A stretch of DNA of 55,843 nucleotides, filler included, from Sphacelaria rigidula (lineage: Eukaryota), in assembly GCA_964200075.2 (NCBI GenBank). It is 6 parts of 6 records of this genome, joined end to end, with 100 filler letters (N's around TTAATTAATTAA, not from the genome) between each part and the next. Parts side by side here need not be neighbours in the genome. Positions count along the whole stretch, not along the records: positions 18,651 to 27,874 come from CAXNAA020009001.1; positions 27,975 to 37,197 come from CAXNAA020009002.1; 4 more parts are not named here. The stretch is one strand, 5' to 3'. Below are positions 22,156 to 33,850 of the stretch, one piece after another. Below the pieces are notes generated by a model. It saw only the letters and a list, made by a program, of their open reading frames with translations. It was not told where the DNA came from and did not search any database. Within the stretch, counting starts at the first letter, position 1, and every line of letters begins with the position of its first letter. Position numbers and translations under genes: made by a program.

Positions 22156-23257
22156 CTTTTTCTCTTTTTCTCTTTTTCCCTGGGCAGCCCTGTCCTGAGT
22201 TCGAGCTGTGACCAATTATCACCAGTTACATCGACGTATCTAAGGAACGAACAGTAAGCACCCGTTTGTTCGGCGTTTCGGCTTTTTCGTTCCACACAAC
22301 TCTTGTGGCCCGCACCATGAAAAGATACACGTGCACCCGCCTCTCCCTCTCTCTCTGGCTGTCTGTCTCTGCCTGTCTGCCTGCCCCTCTCCCTGTCTGT
22401 ACGATGCGCAGCCCTGCACTAGCTTTGAACTGCGGCCGATTACCTCGACAGATTTGAGGATCAGCTTACTCCCGTTTGGCCCTTCAGCCTATATATATAT
22501 ATATACACTGTACATTGCACATCAGCCAGTGTTCGTAGTTGATATGGTCTACTTTTCACACAAGACAACATGAACAACTCTTTTGGCGCGCACGAAAACA
22601 TAATGCAACACTTGACCTGCCCACCTGCTGCTGACGGTGGTTTGGTGAGGGTGCGCATATCCTGCCAGGCGTCCTCACCATGCGAGCAAGCGCGCGGAGC
22701 CCTGAGCGCATCATGGTGGTAATTATCCAGTTCGCTCCAGATACCTTCTCGTTGGAGTGTGGTTACGTGTTGGTGTTTGGGCCAGAGAACTGAATGCCTG
22801 TGGGTGCTTGGTGTGTGGCCATTCGTTCTGGCGACGGCTGCATGATGACCAAGAACCACGTGATTTCCCATGTACCTACCAAACCCGGGGACAGGCCAAT
22901 TTATCCCCGTGATCTTTCAGGTGGATGATGACAACAGGCTGCCGGATGTGTGTTACACAGTAGCCGAGCAAATTTACGACTGTACCTTACAGTACAGAGA
23001 TGAGTGCGAGAGTACTGGTGCCAACAGTAGTGCAAAAATAATAGTAGTGACTATATGGTATTCGACAATGCATGGCGCTCATTGTGCTGTCCGAAACCAA
23101 CAGAGGTTTGTCAAATCAGCACAACAATAATGAAGGCTTGAGGAACAACGTGACAAATCTGACCGGATCCAACCCACAGCCATGCCACAGTGGTAGCGAC
23201 GCAACATCCCGCCGGGTACCGAAAAGTAGTGAGTGTTGTGGCAAGAAGAGATACACG

Positions 23258-24088
23258 NNNNNNNNNNNNNNNNNNNNNNNNNNNNNNNNNNNNNNNNNNN
23301 NNNNNNNNNNNNNNNNNNNNNNNNNNNNNNNNNNNNNNNNNNNNNNNNNNNNNNNNNNNNNNNNNNNNNNNNNNNNNNNNNNNNNNNNNNNNNNNNNNNN
23401 NNNNNNNNNNNNNNNNNNNNNNNNNNNNNNNNNNNNNNNNNNNNNNNNNNNNNNNNNNNNNNNNNNNNNNNNNNNNNNNNNNNNNNNNNNNNNNNNNNNN
23501 NNNNNNNNNNNNNNNNNNNNNNNNNNNNNNNNNNNNNNNNNNNNNNNNNNNNNNNNNNNNNNNNNNNNNNNNNNNNNNNNNNNNNNNNNNNNNNNNNNNN
23601 NNNNNNNNNNNNNNNNNNNNNNNNNNNNNNNNNNNNNNNNNNNNNNNNNNNNNNNNNNNNNNNNNNNNNNNNNNNNNNNNNNNNNNNNNNNNNNNNNNNN
23701 NNNNNNNNNNNNNNNNNNNNNNNNNNNNNNNNNNNNNNNNNNNNNNNNNNNNNNNNNNNNNNNNNNNNNNNNNNNNNNNNNNNNNNNNNNNNNNNNNNNN
23801 NNNNNNNNNNNNNNNNNNNNNNNNNNNNNNNNNNNNNNNNNNNNNNNNNNNNNNNNNNNNNNNNNNNNNNNNNNNNNNNNNNNNNNNNNNNNNNNNNNNN
23901 NNNNNNNNNNNNNNNNNNNNNNNNNNNNNNNNNNNNNNNNNNNNNNNNNNNNNNNNNNNNNNNNNNNNNNNNNNNNNNNNNNNNNNNNNNNNNNNNNNNN
24001 NNNNNNNNNNNNNNNNNNNNNNNNNNNNNNNNNNNNNNNNNNNNNNNNNNNNNNNNNNNNNNNNNNNNNNNNNNNNNNNNNNNNNNNN
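23258..24088. other. Internal assembly gap (831 N) within scaffold 3
   Basis: N run without the TTAATTAATTAA linker. Confidence 0.95.
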
Positions 24089-24389
24089 CGAAATTGAGGT
24101 GAGATGGGGCGATTCAGAACACGCGGGCCGGTCGAAATTCGGAACAGTATTTTGCAGGCCATTTACCGGCCCAGGGTCGGTACTTGTGCTGTGAAATTTG
24201 GTGTGGGATATCGCCAGGGCGTAATGATTCCTAAACAAATGGGGCAAGTTGACTTTTTTGTCATGACTTGCAGAAGTTTCCGTACAGTAAATACCGTTCC
24301 CCCCCGAGAATATCGTCAACGCCCCAAGAAAAAAATGAAGGGCCACTTCGTTTGTTAGAATGCCCTCGCGATCCTCCATACATGCAACA

Positions 24390-24820
24390 ACAGTGGATTC
24401 TCGCAAATGGGGTTGAAGGGGAAAGATGAGGATCAACTCAAAAGCCCTGCTTTCCCTGGCCTAAATTCATGACAAATGACTTTCACATGGACGACCTCAT
24501 CCCTCTCCCGACCCCCTAAGACTATTCCGGGGGATTTCTAGCCATCCGTTCCCCCCCAGAAAGGTATCTGCGAAAGCACGATTTTTCGGCCAAAAAACGT
24601 ATTTTTTCCTCCCCGAAATCGAGGCAAAAGTGTGCGTTCGCAAATACCCTTTGGGGGAACGGAAGGCTACCAACCCCCCGAAAGAGGTTTTGGGAGGTCG
24701 GGAAAGATGACGTCGTCCGTATGAAAGTCATTTCTCATGAATTTAGGTCAGGGAAAGCACGGCTTTCGAGTTGAACCTCATTATTTTGTTTTCCAACCCC
24801 ATTTTCGAAAATCCACTGTC
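24390..24820. mobile_element. Foldback/MITE palindrome, ~430 bp
   Basis: ACAGTGGATT..AAATGGGGTTG..TGCTTTCCCTGGCCTAAATTCATGACAAATGACTTTCA is mirrored by TGAAAGTCATTTCTCATGAATTTAGGTCAGGGAAAGCA..CAACCCCATTT..AATCCACTGT. Confidence 0.85.
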
Positions 24821-24829
24821 ATATCAACT

Positions 24830-25451
24830 TTCGAATGGCAATTTTGAAAAATGAGCTGAAAAGCTGGGATGAGGGCCAAAAGCAATGTCCATTTTCCCTT
24901 CAAACGCCCCTAAAAACAAAAAATGAATAAAAGCTCAAGAAGCAGTTTTGTCCGTTCACTGCGCGCTAGCGATTCTCCGTACTAAATTTCGAAGCAAAAC
25001 TCTTAAAAAAACTGAGACGCTAAGAAGTCCAGATTTAGCGTTTTTAGTGCCTCGGCTCGTAATAGTTAGTATTGAGTTTAGTGTGGATATTATGTGCGCC
25101 ATGTCTTCAGATCGATAAAGGACAAGGTGAGGGTGCAAGTATCGATCGTTTTCCCGTGCTCCAGGCAATGTCTACACCAAAACTCGTCATCATCTGCTGT
25201 ACATCTCGTTCAGGGTTTCACATAGACGTTAGTATGGACCCTATCTCCGTACGACATACATGGGAATTACTCAAATGACGATGGCGTTTAATCAAGGAGA
25301 GAAAATTAGCATAGACTTTTGGACAGATCGGCGTCTTCCCCATATTCATCAGACGAGTAGTATCATACGATATGCGGATCACGGCGCAACTTGTCTGTGT
25401 CGATGAGATATTGCTTCGAGAGCTCAAACCGTTCTAGGCTGGACCAGCTTG
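24830..25451 (-). mobile_element. Mariner-type terminal region homologous to 595-1230
   Basis: Ends GGCTGGACCAGCTTG|TA. The conceptual translation SSRSNISSTQTS.AVIRISY is shared with ORF 474-686. Confidence 0.75.
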
Positions 25452-25529
25452 TAGAGGGTATTGTGATCACACTATTCTACAATAGTACCCAGGATACCAG
25501 CTGCCGTGAGTACTGAGTGTACATCGGGT

Positions 25530-27874
25530 ATTCACACATTGTTCGTGTTCGTCGGGAGGACCTTCCCGCTGGACCTCTCGACCAGTCCCGACTTAGTAAT
25601 ATAGAGGGTAGTTCCTTCCAACAAAAAAACGAAGAAGTAATGTACCTTTGAGCTCGAAAGCTCTCCGGTCGCAACTCCGAGGTCCATCACCCCTAGCCAT
25701 TGGCACCGCGTCGTCGTAGTCCTGTGATAGGCCTGAATTGATCTAACGCCTTTCAGTTTCTCAAACAAATAATCACCACAAGCAACCGGAGATCGAATTC
25801 GATACTTGTTTTTGATCGTTGGAAGGAACTGCCGACCACAGTAGGCGTGGACCATTCTGTCAGCACTGACTCGGTCTCCTCGTGGGTAGTTCTTTCTGAC
25901 GAACACCCACCCACCCATACGTTCAGCGTAATGGACACAAGTACCGAAATACGACATTCACCCATGGTATTGGCTGCCAGAAATACTCAGCACTCTAGGA
26001 CACCCAGGCATTTTTCGCGACAGTCATTTTTAGTGTGTGAGGGGACCCAGGCTGTAGAATGTCGAAATTATTTTGTGCCCACGAGAACTCAGAACAGCCT
26101 GGATCCGTTGTTGAAGTTCAACATTTGGGTGGGGTTTAACTCCAAACAGTGCTTTCCCTGGCGTGTACTCCAGCGCCTGCTCTACTTGCTCATGCAATCC
26201 TTCCGGCGTTTCTGATATCCCCACGACACGATCCGCGAACATCAGTCCTATACCGCATCTTCCCCCACCTTGACTCCTTGCTTTGCTGCTTCTATTGCTC
26301 ACATCATATCATTAATGAATACCTCGAATGGAGTGGGTGATGACGCACGTACTTGTGCAACCTCTCGTAAATTATCGATATATACATATATCGATATTTC
26401 CCCGTCTAGCATCATGGCACTTTTGGCACATTCTGTCATCTTCTCCACCGTTTTCCACATCTTTCCTCTGATTCCAATTCCCCACATGTTTTTCCCACAA
26501 CCTATTTTTCCATACTGTGTCATAAGGCTTTTGCGCGTCAAGAAAGAAACAGTACGTTGTCAGCCCGGTGTCTTTCCTACCCTGAGTAGCCTTACCTAGT
26601 GTGTACACATGGTCTACGCAACTACGGTTCGGTCTAAAACCTGCTTGTGCCTCGCTGTCTTTTTCTTCCTTCTCTAGCATCGTTCCCGCTCTATCGTTCA
26701 GAATCTTACCGGATGTTATCCCTACGGTGCTCAGTAGAGTTTATCTCTATAATTCCCTGGGTCAGCCTTGTCTCCTTTCTTGAAGAGGCCTACGACTACT
26801 CCTTGTCTCTGCCTCTTGGGTGTGTACTCGTTTCCCCGGGTCCAGTTGCAGAGCATGAGTATGATGGTGATAATTTTCTCTCCCCCGTACTTTGGAAAAT
26901 CGTTTACTGTTTCGTCCGCCCCTGGTCAAATGACTAAGGCAAGCAACAATGAGTACGCCTCCTGCTGCCTTTCTGCCCTTGAGTTTCGCTACACACTCCT
27001 TTACTTCCTCTGTCGTGAACTATCTCTGCAATTCTCTGGACTCTCCACCTTCCTGTCCGGATGCCTCTACATTCGCCTCTGCTCAAGCATTGATTTCTTT
27101 CTCGAATTTGGCGTCGAACATCTCGGTAGTTGCTGCTATCCCAGGGTTCTGTCGTGCTCTGCTAGTACTCCGCTTCCCCCCCTTGAACTACCAACCATTT
27201 TCCCCTTCTGCGCTTCTAGGGTAGCTATCCGCTTCTCTGTCTCTCCAGCTTGTTTTCTCATGTTGCCTTTTATCTCCACCCACACTTATTTCATCCCACC
27301 ATCGAAACCTTCATTTGTTTTTTCAGCTACATGCTTCCAAATTCCTCTCTGTTTTCTTCTCTCCCATCTTTTTCAACTCCTTTCTAGCTTTAGCGTATTC
27401 CGCCCGTCCTACCGTAGTTTTGCTCGATATGCAGCTTGTGATGACGTCTCTTCTTATTCTTACAGCCTCTTTTACTTTCTCATCTCATCGTTTTACTGGT
27501 CTCTTGCATGCGATGAGTTTGTTCCCTATGACTTTACTCGCTGTGTCATTGACCAGCTGCTCCCATCCTTCTATAACCTTCGCTGCTGCCCAATCCCTTC
27601 CCATTTCGGTGTCAACTATACCTACACTTTCCAAGAGCCCGGGAGGTATCACTGCATTTTTGCTCATCTCTTCTTGGAACTCTCGCTGTTTTTGTTCAAC
27701 TTCTAGCTCATGTATTCCCCCTTCTTACAACTTCCTACCCCGCCTATTTCTTTGAACTCTCATCTCTCGGCTTTCTGTTCATATTAGACCATGATCTGTA
27801 GTTTCCACGTCATCTGCGCACACATGTACTTCTTACCTTCATGCTCTACCACTATGTAGCCAAGAACGGAGCGT
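25530..27874 (-). mobile_element. Degenerate non-LTR retrotransposon (LINE): end of endonuclease, linker and reverse transcriptase
   Basis: Minus-strand RT motifs QAGFRPNRSCVDHVYTL, CFFLDAQKPYDTVW, GIRGKMW, SPTPFEVFIND and GLMFAD, broken by frameshifts. TDHGLI endonuclease-end motif at ~27780-27800. Confidence 0.9.
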
Positions 27875-27974
27875 NNNNNNNNNNNNNNNNNNNNNNNNNN
27901 NNNNNNNNNNNNNNNNNNTTAATTAATTAANNNNNNNNNNNNNNNNNNNNNNNNNNNNNNNNNNNNNNNNNNNN
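27875..27974. other. Artificial scaffold spacer
   Basis: N44-TTAATTAATTAA-N44. Confidence 0.97.
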
Positions 27975-28228
27975 CTTGAAGGTAGGGCATTTCGCGAGGG
28001 AGTCCACCGCATATTTGTTCATGAATGAGGCTTGAGGTTCAAAGGGTTAGCTCTCAGAAAGGACAAATGAACTACAGTAACAACTTTCGTACCGTGGTAA
28101 CGTCCTCCGGTTGATTCCTTTTACTGAGACGGTGGTCAGGATATCAATCCACATCAAGCACAATATGACACTCACCATGATGTAATCAGTGCCACTGTCA
28201 ACGAATGCACCGTGTGCACGGTCCGCAC

Positions 28229-28708
28229 TTTCCTGTCTACGCCCTCCGGGTGCCGAGCGAAAAACGGCTGCGGTGGCAGTTCCTTCTCGCCTCGGCCCTG
28301 GCCTCGATTACCTTCTTTCCCCTTCCCGTAGGCCCCAGCAGGCTCAGGGTTCGAGAGTCGTATCGAAGTGGTGTCCAACGTAATGTGGACCAGAACACGC
28401 CCTTCGACTCGAAATAAGTCAGAAGGGTGCGGTCTGTTTGCGAAGGGTGCGGTCTGTTGGCAACCACGATGAAAACCCAACGCGCGAGCTCCTGCTCTTC
28501 TTGTCGCTGTTGTTGCTGTTGTCGCTCATCATCCTGCCGCTCCTGCCGCCGCCGCTGTCGCGGAGTTATAGCTTGTCCTTCTGTTCTTCGCGCTTCTCCA
28601 TGGTTGTTGTTGCTGTTGTTGCTGCTATTGCTCGTGCAGCCGCTACTGCTGCTAGTGCTAATGTCGTAGTCGTCGTCCCTCTTGTTTTCATCGAGTCGCA
28701 CCGTAGGC
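28229..28708 (-). pseudogene. Exon-like segment frameshifted by a 20-bp tandem duplication (28422-28461)
   Basis: CAG acceptor at 28709-28711 and GTGCGG donor at 28228. ANRPHPS appears in two frames. Deleting one 20-bp copy yields a single open frame ..QELARWVFIVVANRPHPSDLFRVEGRVLVHITLD..PEGVDRK. Confidence 0.45.
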
Positions 28709-29184
28709 CTGTAGGAACCACCTCGTCATGGTCACGTCGTGGGACGATGCAGGTGCCGCTGTTGGATCAAACGTGGGTGAAGATGTGAACATAGACTACC
28801 ATCGAAGCCAGGGATTCCATAGCAGCAGATACCGCACAGCTGGGAATGCACGTTTTGTGCATGCTCACGGTCTGCAGTTGCTGGACCTGGCGACAAAGGT
28901 ACTGTCTGTAGTCTGTAGTAATGATGAGCCGCTGCTGTTAGCGCGTACCGTCGACGGGGTATAACACCCCCCCGTCCCCGTCCCCCCTCCGCTTCCCCCC
29001 AACCTTTCCGTTTTGCTTGAAATTTCATAGTGTGATCTGAATTTTGAATTTTGAACCTTCCGATCCTTCCTGAGGACGAGCTCCCCGACTTTGGCGAAAA
29101 TAAGTCATGGTTGAAGAAATACGAATAGGCTCAGAGAATCGACCCGCGCGTCTCTGTATTTAGGGGTACTTTTTCTTTTCATGT

Positions 29185-29256
29185 TTTGATTGATTGATTG
29201 TCGCGCCTTCTTTGATCCCCCAGAGGCCTGATCTCCCAGGGATCCAGCCGTGATCA
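29185..29256 (-). mobile_element. Short LINE 3'-terminal remnant with (CAAT)n tail
   Basis: GATTGATTGATTG..CCCAGGGATCCAGCCGTG.TCA is shared with 32865-32930. Confidence 0.6.
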
Positions 29257-30997
29257 CCTGCTGGGCGTGCTTGTCATACACTATTATTGATTGCCAAGCA
29301 TTGGGTCAGAGCTGCCTATTCATTATATACCGTCGTCCGACATGACCATCTTGCGGGGTTTGCCAAAAAAATCAAAAATTACCCCGTGACTTGCATATTT
29401 CGTATAGGCTGAAATCAGAAAAATCGTCTTTTTCGTCAGGGATAATATACGCCGTCCCAACTTGCGGGTACCGATCACGTCAGCCGGGGAAAATGGGCTC
29501 GGAGGGAGGCATGATGGGGAGGGGGGCGGGGGGAGGGGGGGGATGGGGGGGGGGGGGGGGGACAACGAATCAGAGCAGTACCTCTATGGGCGAGGGGCAG
29601 AGGGGATACGGTTTCAACAACTGAAAGGGTACTGCGAGACAATCACAAATCGCGTCAAGTTTCTTGAGGACGATGTGTTGAGAACCGCGACTAAAGGATC
29701 GCGCACGCTTTCGTCACTCCTTTTTATCCATCGCTTTCCGACACGGGTGGTTGGCATACAGCAAGTATTTGGAGGGGATTGAGAGTTGCTGCCTTGCTCC
29801 TCTTCGTGAAGCAAACAAACACTCACTTCGCACAAGTGTCTGTGAACATTGAGAGGTAGCAGCACGAAGAGGGGTTGTCTTCCGTAGGAGAGGACAGAGA
29901 GACAGAGGCGAAGAGATACATGCACCGTAAAAGAAAAGGTGAGGCGGGCGGGCGGAAAGTGAGTGCATCGAGATGAGCTACTGTACCTCGTGTGTGTGTA
30001 TTTTTCGCGGTGGACCTCCTGAAGTACGCGGTATAGCATATGTTCTTGGCGTATTACCGCACAGCCGAGATCGGTCCTTTATGGTTACCGTGGCTGAGGC
30101 TGCGTGTGTCAGTATTACCGATCATCGCAGCGCTCTGGACATATATATTGTTTTACCGGTTGAGTTTATAACCCCTAGCACCCACAATAATGAGGAACTA
30201 CGAGTTACGCATGGGAGTTTATTCTGGAGAACACGCAAGCAGTGGTAACGAAGGGCTTGTGAGCCAAACAGGGCACCAGAGAGGGGCCTGAGACAAGGGG
30301 CGGCTGGCTAGATACAACGATAGTGCGGTCTAGACCGATTGGGGTTCAGAACATGGAGCATGCGGCGACAATCGCAGGTCACTCAATATACATGAACGGT
30401 GCAGGGGTCGCCACCCTTAAAACAAAAACTCGAGCTCTTGACTGCGACGGAGTACTGCTCCCTTTGGTTCGGAATCTCTTGGATCGAGTAGTTAGCACAG
30501 TTGTTGTTAGCATACAGTATTTTCGACAGTACTGTACACTACCGCGTGCTATTTTCGCTTCCACCAGATATTTAGCTCCAAAGCGCTCGTAAAGACGAGT
30601 GGATCGTGCCGGTAATGGATCTTGTGAGATGCCTTTTATCGGAAACGTTGTTGTCCCCGAGGTTAAATGCGGATATATTCCCTTGCGGTGGTGCTCTCAA
30701 AGGAAGATACATGCCGCACTCGTCGTTGTGGAGTGTTTCAATCATTCAGGACCAATTTTCTGCTGCCAGCCACATGACCTCAGCGGGGCCAGTCAGTCGA
30801 AGCTTCAGCGGAGTATACCTTACACACCGGGTCGAAATCCAGGTTTTGAGCTTCGTTTCCTATAGCCGCAGCAGTGCCTGCTAGCGTATACTCAGTATTA
30901 TCGTGGCCTCGGCTCGTCCGGTTTTGTCACCCTCGCTTGAATATCTCATGGAAATGTTTACTCGCACGTCAGATAAAAAAGCGACGGATACACTACG

Positions 30998-31273
30998 ATG
31001 GCGCCCATGAGTGCGTTGGTGTGGTTCTTCAGCCTTTCCTCGGCTATCGTGGCGCTATCCATTTTGGTTACGGCTGATCAGCCGTTGTGCACTGACGGCA
31101 TCCGCGGGATCCCGAGCGACGACAACGTCTCGAGCTTTTCGGTTGACCGCGATGATGGTGGCCTGTGCAGCTTGGAGTTCAACACCTCCGACGTCTGCCC
31201 CATCCCTGCCGCGACCAGCGAAGACGTGCCGTCCCATATCGTGCGCCAAGTAGTACAGCCTGTGGACCTCGAG
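30998..31273 (+). CDS. Probable first exon of an unidentified secreted protein
   Basis: ATG, hydrophobic signal-peptide-like MAPMSALVWFFSLSSAIVALSILVTA, then an acidic Cys-containing segment. GC-rich codons; 92 codons ending at a phase-0 GAG|GTGAGA donor. Confidence 0.55.
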
Positions 31274-31619
31274 GTGAGAGATTCTTCAAACGAGAGACTT
31301 TCGGGGGCGTCTACCTCGCTTGTAAGCAAAAGCAAAGTGCCTCCATTCGTTACACCTGACCTGGGCATTCAATCCGCTCGCCAATCAATTCCGCCGTACT
31401 TGCTGTATCCCGTGATCGCTGGGGTTGTGTATCGTCGCCAATATGTTGTGTGTCGGTATACTGTACCGGAATCATACCATGTATCGCTTCGTATGTATCG
31501 AGAACCGGGACCGACATACATATCAGCAATGTGCCATAATTTCCAGCTATATCGTGGTAGCATTTCGTGCTCCGGTGGTCACATGGCACACCTTCCATCA
31601 CCACTCAACACGAGATTTT

Positions 31620-32480
31620 ACAAACTGCGCGTGGGGTTCGTTTTTTAGGATGAGCCTTGGGAGTTGTCATGAGCATCGAAATCTTTTCGACAAACCGTGC
31701 AAATGCGCTCTCTGGCCATGATGATGTGTGGCCTCGCTCATCCTCAAGAAGGAATCCACCCGAAATTTGTAAAATCCCGTGTGAACAGGGGATCCTGAAA
31801 AATAGAAACGACCCTTTTTGAACGGGAATGAACGGAGGTCGAAATTGTTCGGAATGAAGACGGGATTTTACAAATGATCGCGGGTGGAGTTTCTGAGGAT
31901 GAGTGAGGCCACATATGACGGCCGGGAACAACCGATAATCAAAATTGGGAATGGAGCTTTACATGGAGGATGATAATCCGGAAATATATGAATCTTCGTA
32001 TCCACAGCATTTTTTGGAATTTGGTTGCATTTCTTCAACGCCTGGTACCTTCCGAAAACAACTACACGCCGTGAAAAACTGGATTTCCATAACCGAAATG
32101 TTGGGGTACTAGGTCAAGAAACCGTACCGGGGAAATCGGGCGGTCTGTTTTGATAATCATGTGTAGAATGCCCCAGAGTTGTATTTTTCACCCAGGACCC
32201 CAACATTTCGGTGATCGGAGTCCAATTTTCTACGGCGCGTAGTAGTTGTAAACAGCTACTAGGAGGTGAAGGAATCCAACCATGGTCGGAACAATTGGTG
32301 TAAATAATAAGATGTTAATCTTCCGGGTGATCATCCTCAGTGACAGGCTCCATCCTCAATTTTGGTGATCGGCTGTTCGGAGAGTACATTTACATCACTT
32401 TTCGAGACATTCTCGATGCCTATAAAGGTTCCCAAGGCTCATCCTCATAAAGCAATTCATCCGTAATTCGTCAAAAGCCA
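31620..32480. mobile_element. Foldback-type element with internal palindrome 31925-32380
   Basis: GAACAACCGATAATCAAAATTGGGAATGGAGC / GCTCCATCCTCAATTTTGGTGATCGGCTGTTC and ACCGAAATGTTGGGGT / ACCCCAACATTTCGGT are mirrored. The outer part is homologous to 3540-3870. Confidence 0.7.
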
Positions 32481-32864
32481 TGTTATTAGGTTGGGGAAAT
32501 ACCGGTTCGATTTCCGGTAGATGCATTCGAGATTTTTCTGAAAAAAAAACACTGATTTTCCCCGTTGGACACGAGAGGACGTGAGTATCAAATACTGGGG
32601 TCTATTTGCTAAGAAACGAGGCGATGCGGAGTCTTGCTTCTATCTGAGATACCTAATTGCAAGGGAGACACGAAGCTGTTTCCTCGAGACCACGGCCTCG
32701 TCTCGGAGAGGGGCGAGGGGAGGGGTGGGTGAGGGTGAAAGTAGAGATTCTCGGGAACGAGCTTTATTCTTGTCGGCGAAATTTGTCAGCGTAAATATCA
32801 CGAAGTTGACGCTTGCGAGAACTTGCACTTGAGCTCTCAGCACTTGGAGTGTGGCACGTGTTTT

Positions 32865-33850
32865 GTTGATTGGTTGATTGATTGACTGCCGCACTTTAAC
32901 TGACCCCCCAGGGATCCAGCCGTGGTCATATGATAGACGTACCCAAGAAAGAACAAAACTGGAAACACTCGCTGAAGAAAAAGGAGGAACAGAAAGAGTC
33001 GGAGAGAACGACAAAGTAGACTGAGACGTGGAAAAAAAGTAACGATGAAGATTCAACAAAAGCAAGACACAGAAACAAATGGCCGATCTAGAAAAAAAGG
33101 GGGAGGGGGGGGGGAAAGCCCTCGGGATTTGGGGCAGCAGAGTAGATGCAGACCCACACCAGTGGGCACCGCAGAGCCACTGGCTAACGACATAATCGAC
33201 AACCGATATGAGCAGGCAGGATTCTTCGATTGGTGGACCTCGATGCAGCGGCCTCTCGTTTGTGACGGCGGCCTGATTCTCGTTTGTCCGCGCGTCGCAA
33301 CCTGTCCTCAAACATCTTCCGCTCCTTTTTCGACTCCAATATGCCATTTGCACATGTTCTTCGCCGCGGTGACCCAATCGCATTCATCGTGAACCTTTAC
33401 ACGGTAGACGAACCATTTCCGTCGGGCTCCTTTATGCGGGACAGCCCCTAGTGCACGTAGGTTCTCCTGGAGGTTATCCCCCCATTGCTTGGGGGGCGGC
33501 CGGCCTTCTGGAGCCTTCGTGTGGTTGACCGACCGTTCATGACGCGCTTAGGAAGGCGTATTTCCTTCTGCCGGACAAGGGCTCCCGCGAACCAGAGTTG
33601 ACATTTGCGGATAGTTGTCTGAATACGTTCGCAATTGGCCGTCTCGAGCACCGCTCTGTACGAACGAGTCTTGAAGCTATTTTGATTTTTCCTGCGGAAT
33701 CCAACCACTCGCGGCAAGAGCTCGTGATAGGCAGTCCGCAGACTGTTGCAGTCCTCAGAATGTAGCGTCCATATGGCACATCCATACAACAGAGCTTCTA
33801 CCACCCCCGCTTTGAGCAGTCGAACTGTCAAGGATAGCTCGACGTTGGAT
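32865..33850 (-). mobile_element. 5'-truncated RTE-clade LINE (ORF C-terminus, 3' UTR, (CAAT)n tail)
   Basis: RLLKAGVVEALLYGCAIWTL..LRTAYHELL..IRKCQLWFAGALVRQKEIRLPKRVMNG is typical of the RTE C-terminus; microsatellite tail at 32865-32885. Confidence 0.85.

Noticed and set aside
21937..22295. ER-repeat and SL-repeat ORFs
   Set aside because: Translations of the (TC)n tract.
23072..24436. Long ORFs of 289-441 aa
   Set aside because: They are open only because they span the 831-N gap.
26768..27706. 312-aa plus-strand ORF
   Set aside because: Antisense shadow of the purine-rich minus-strand LINE.
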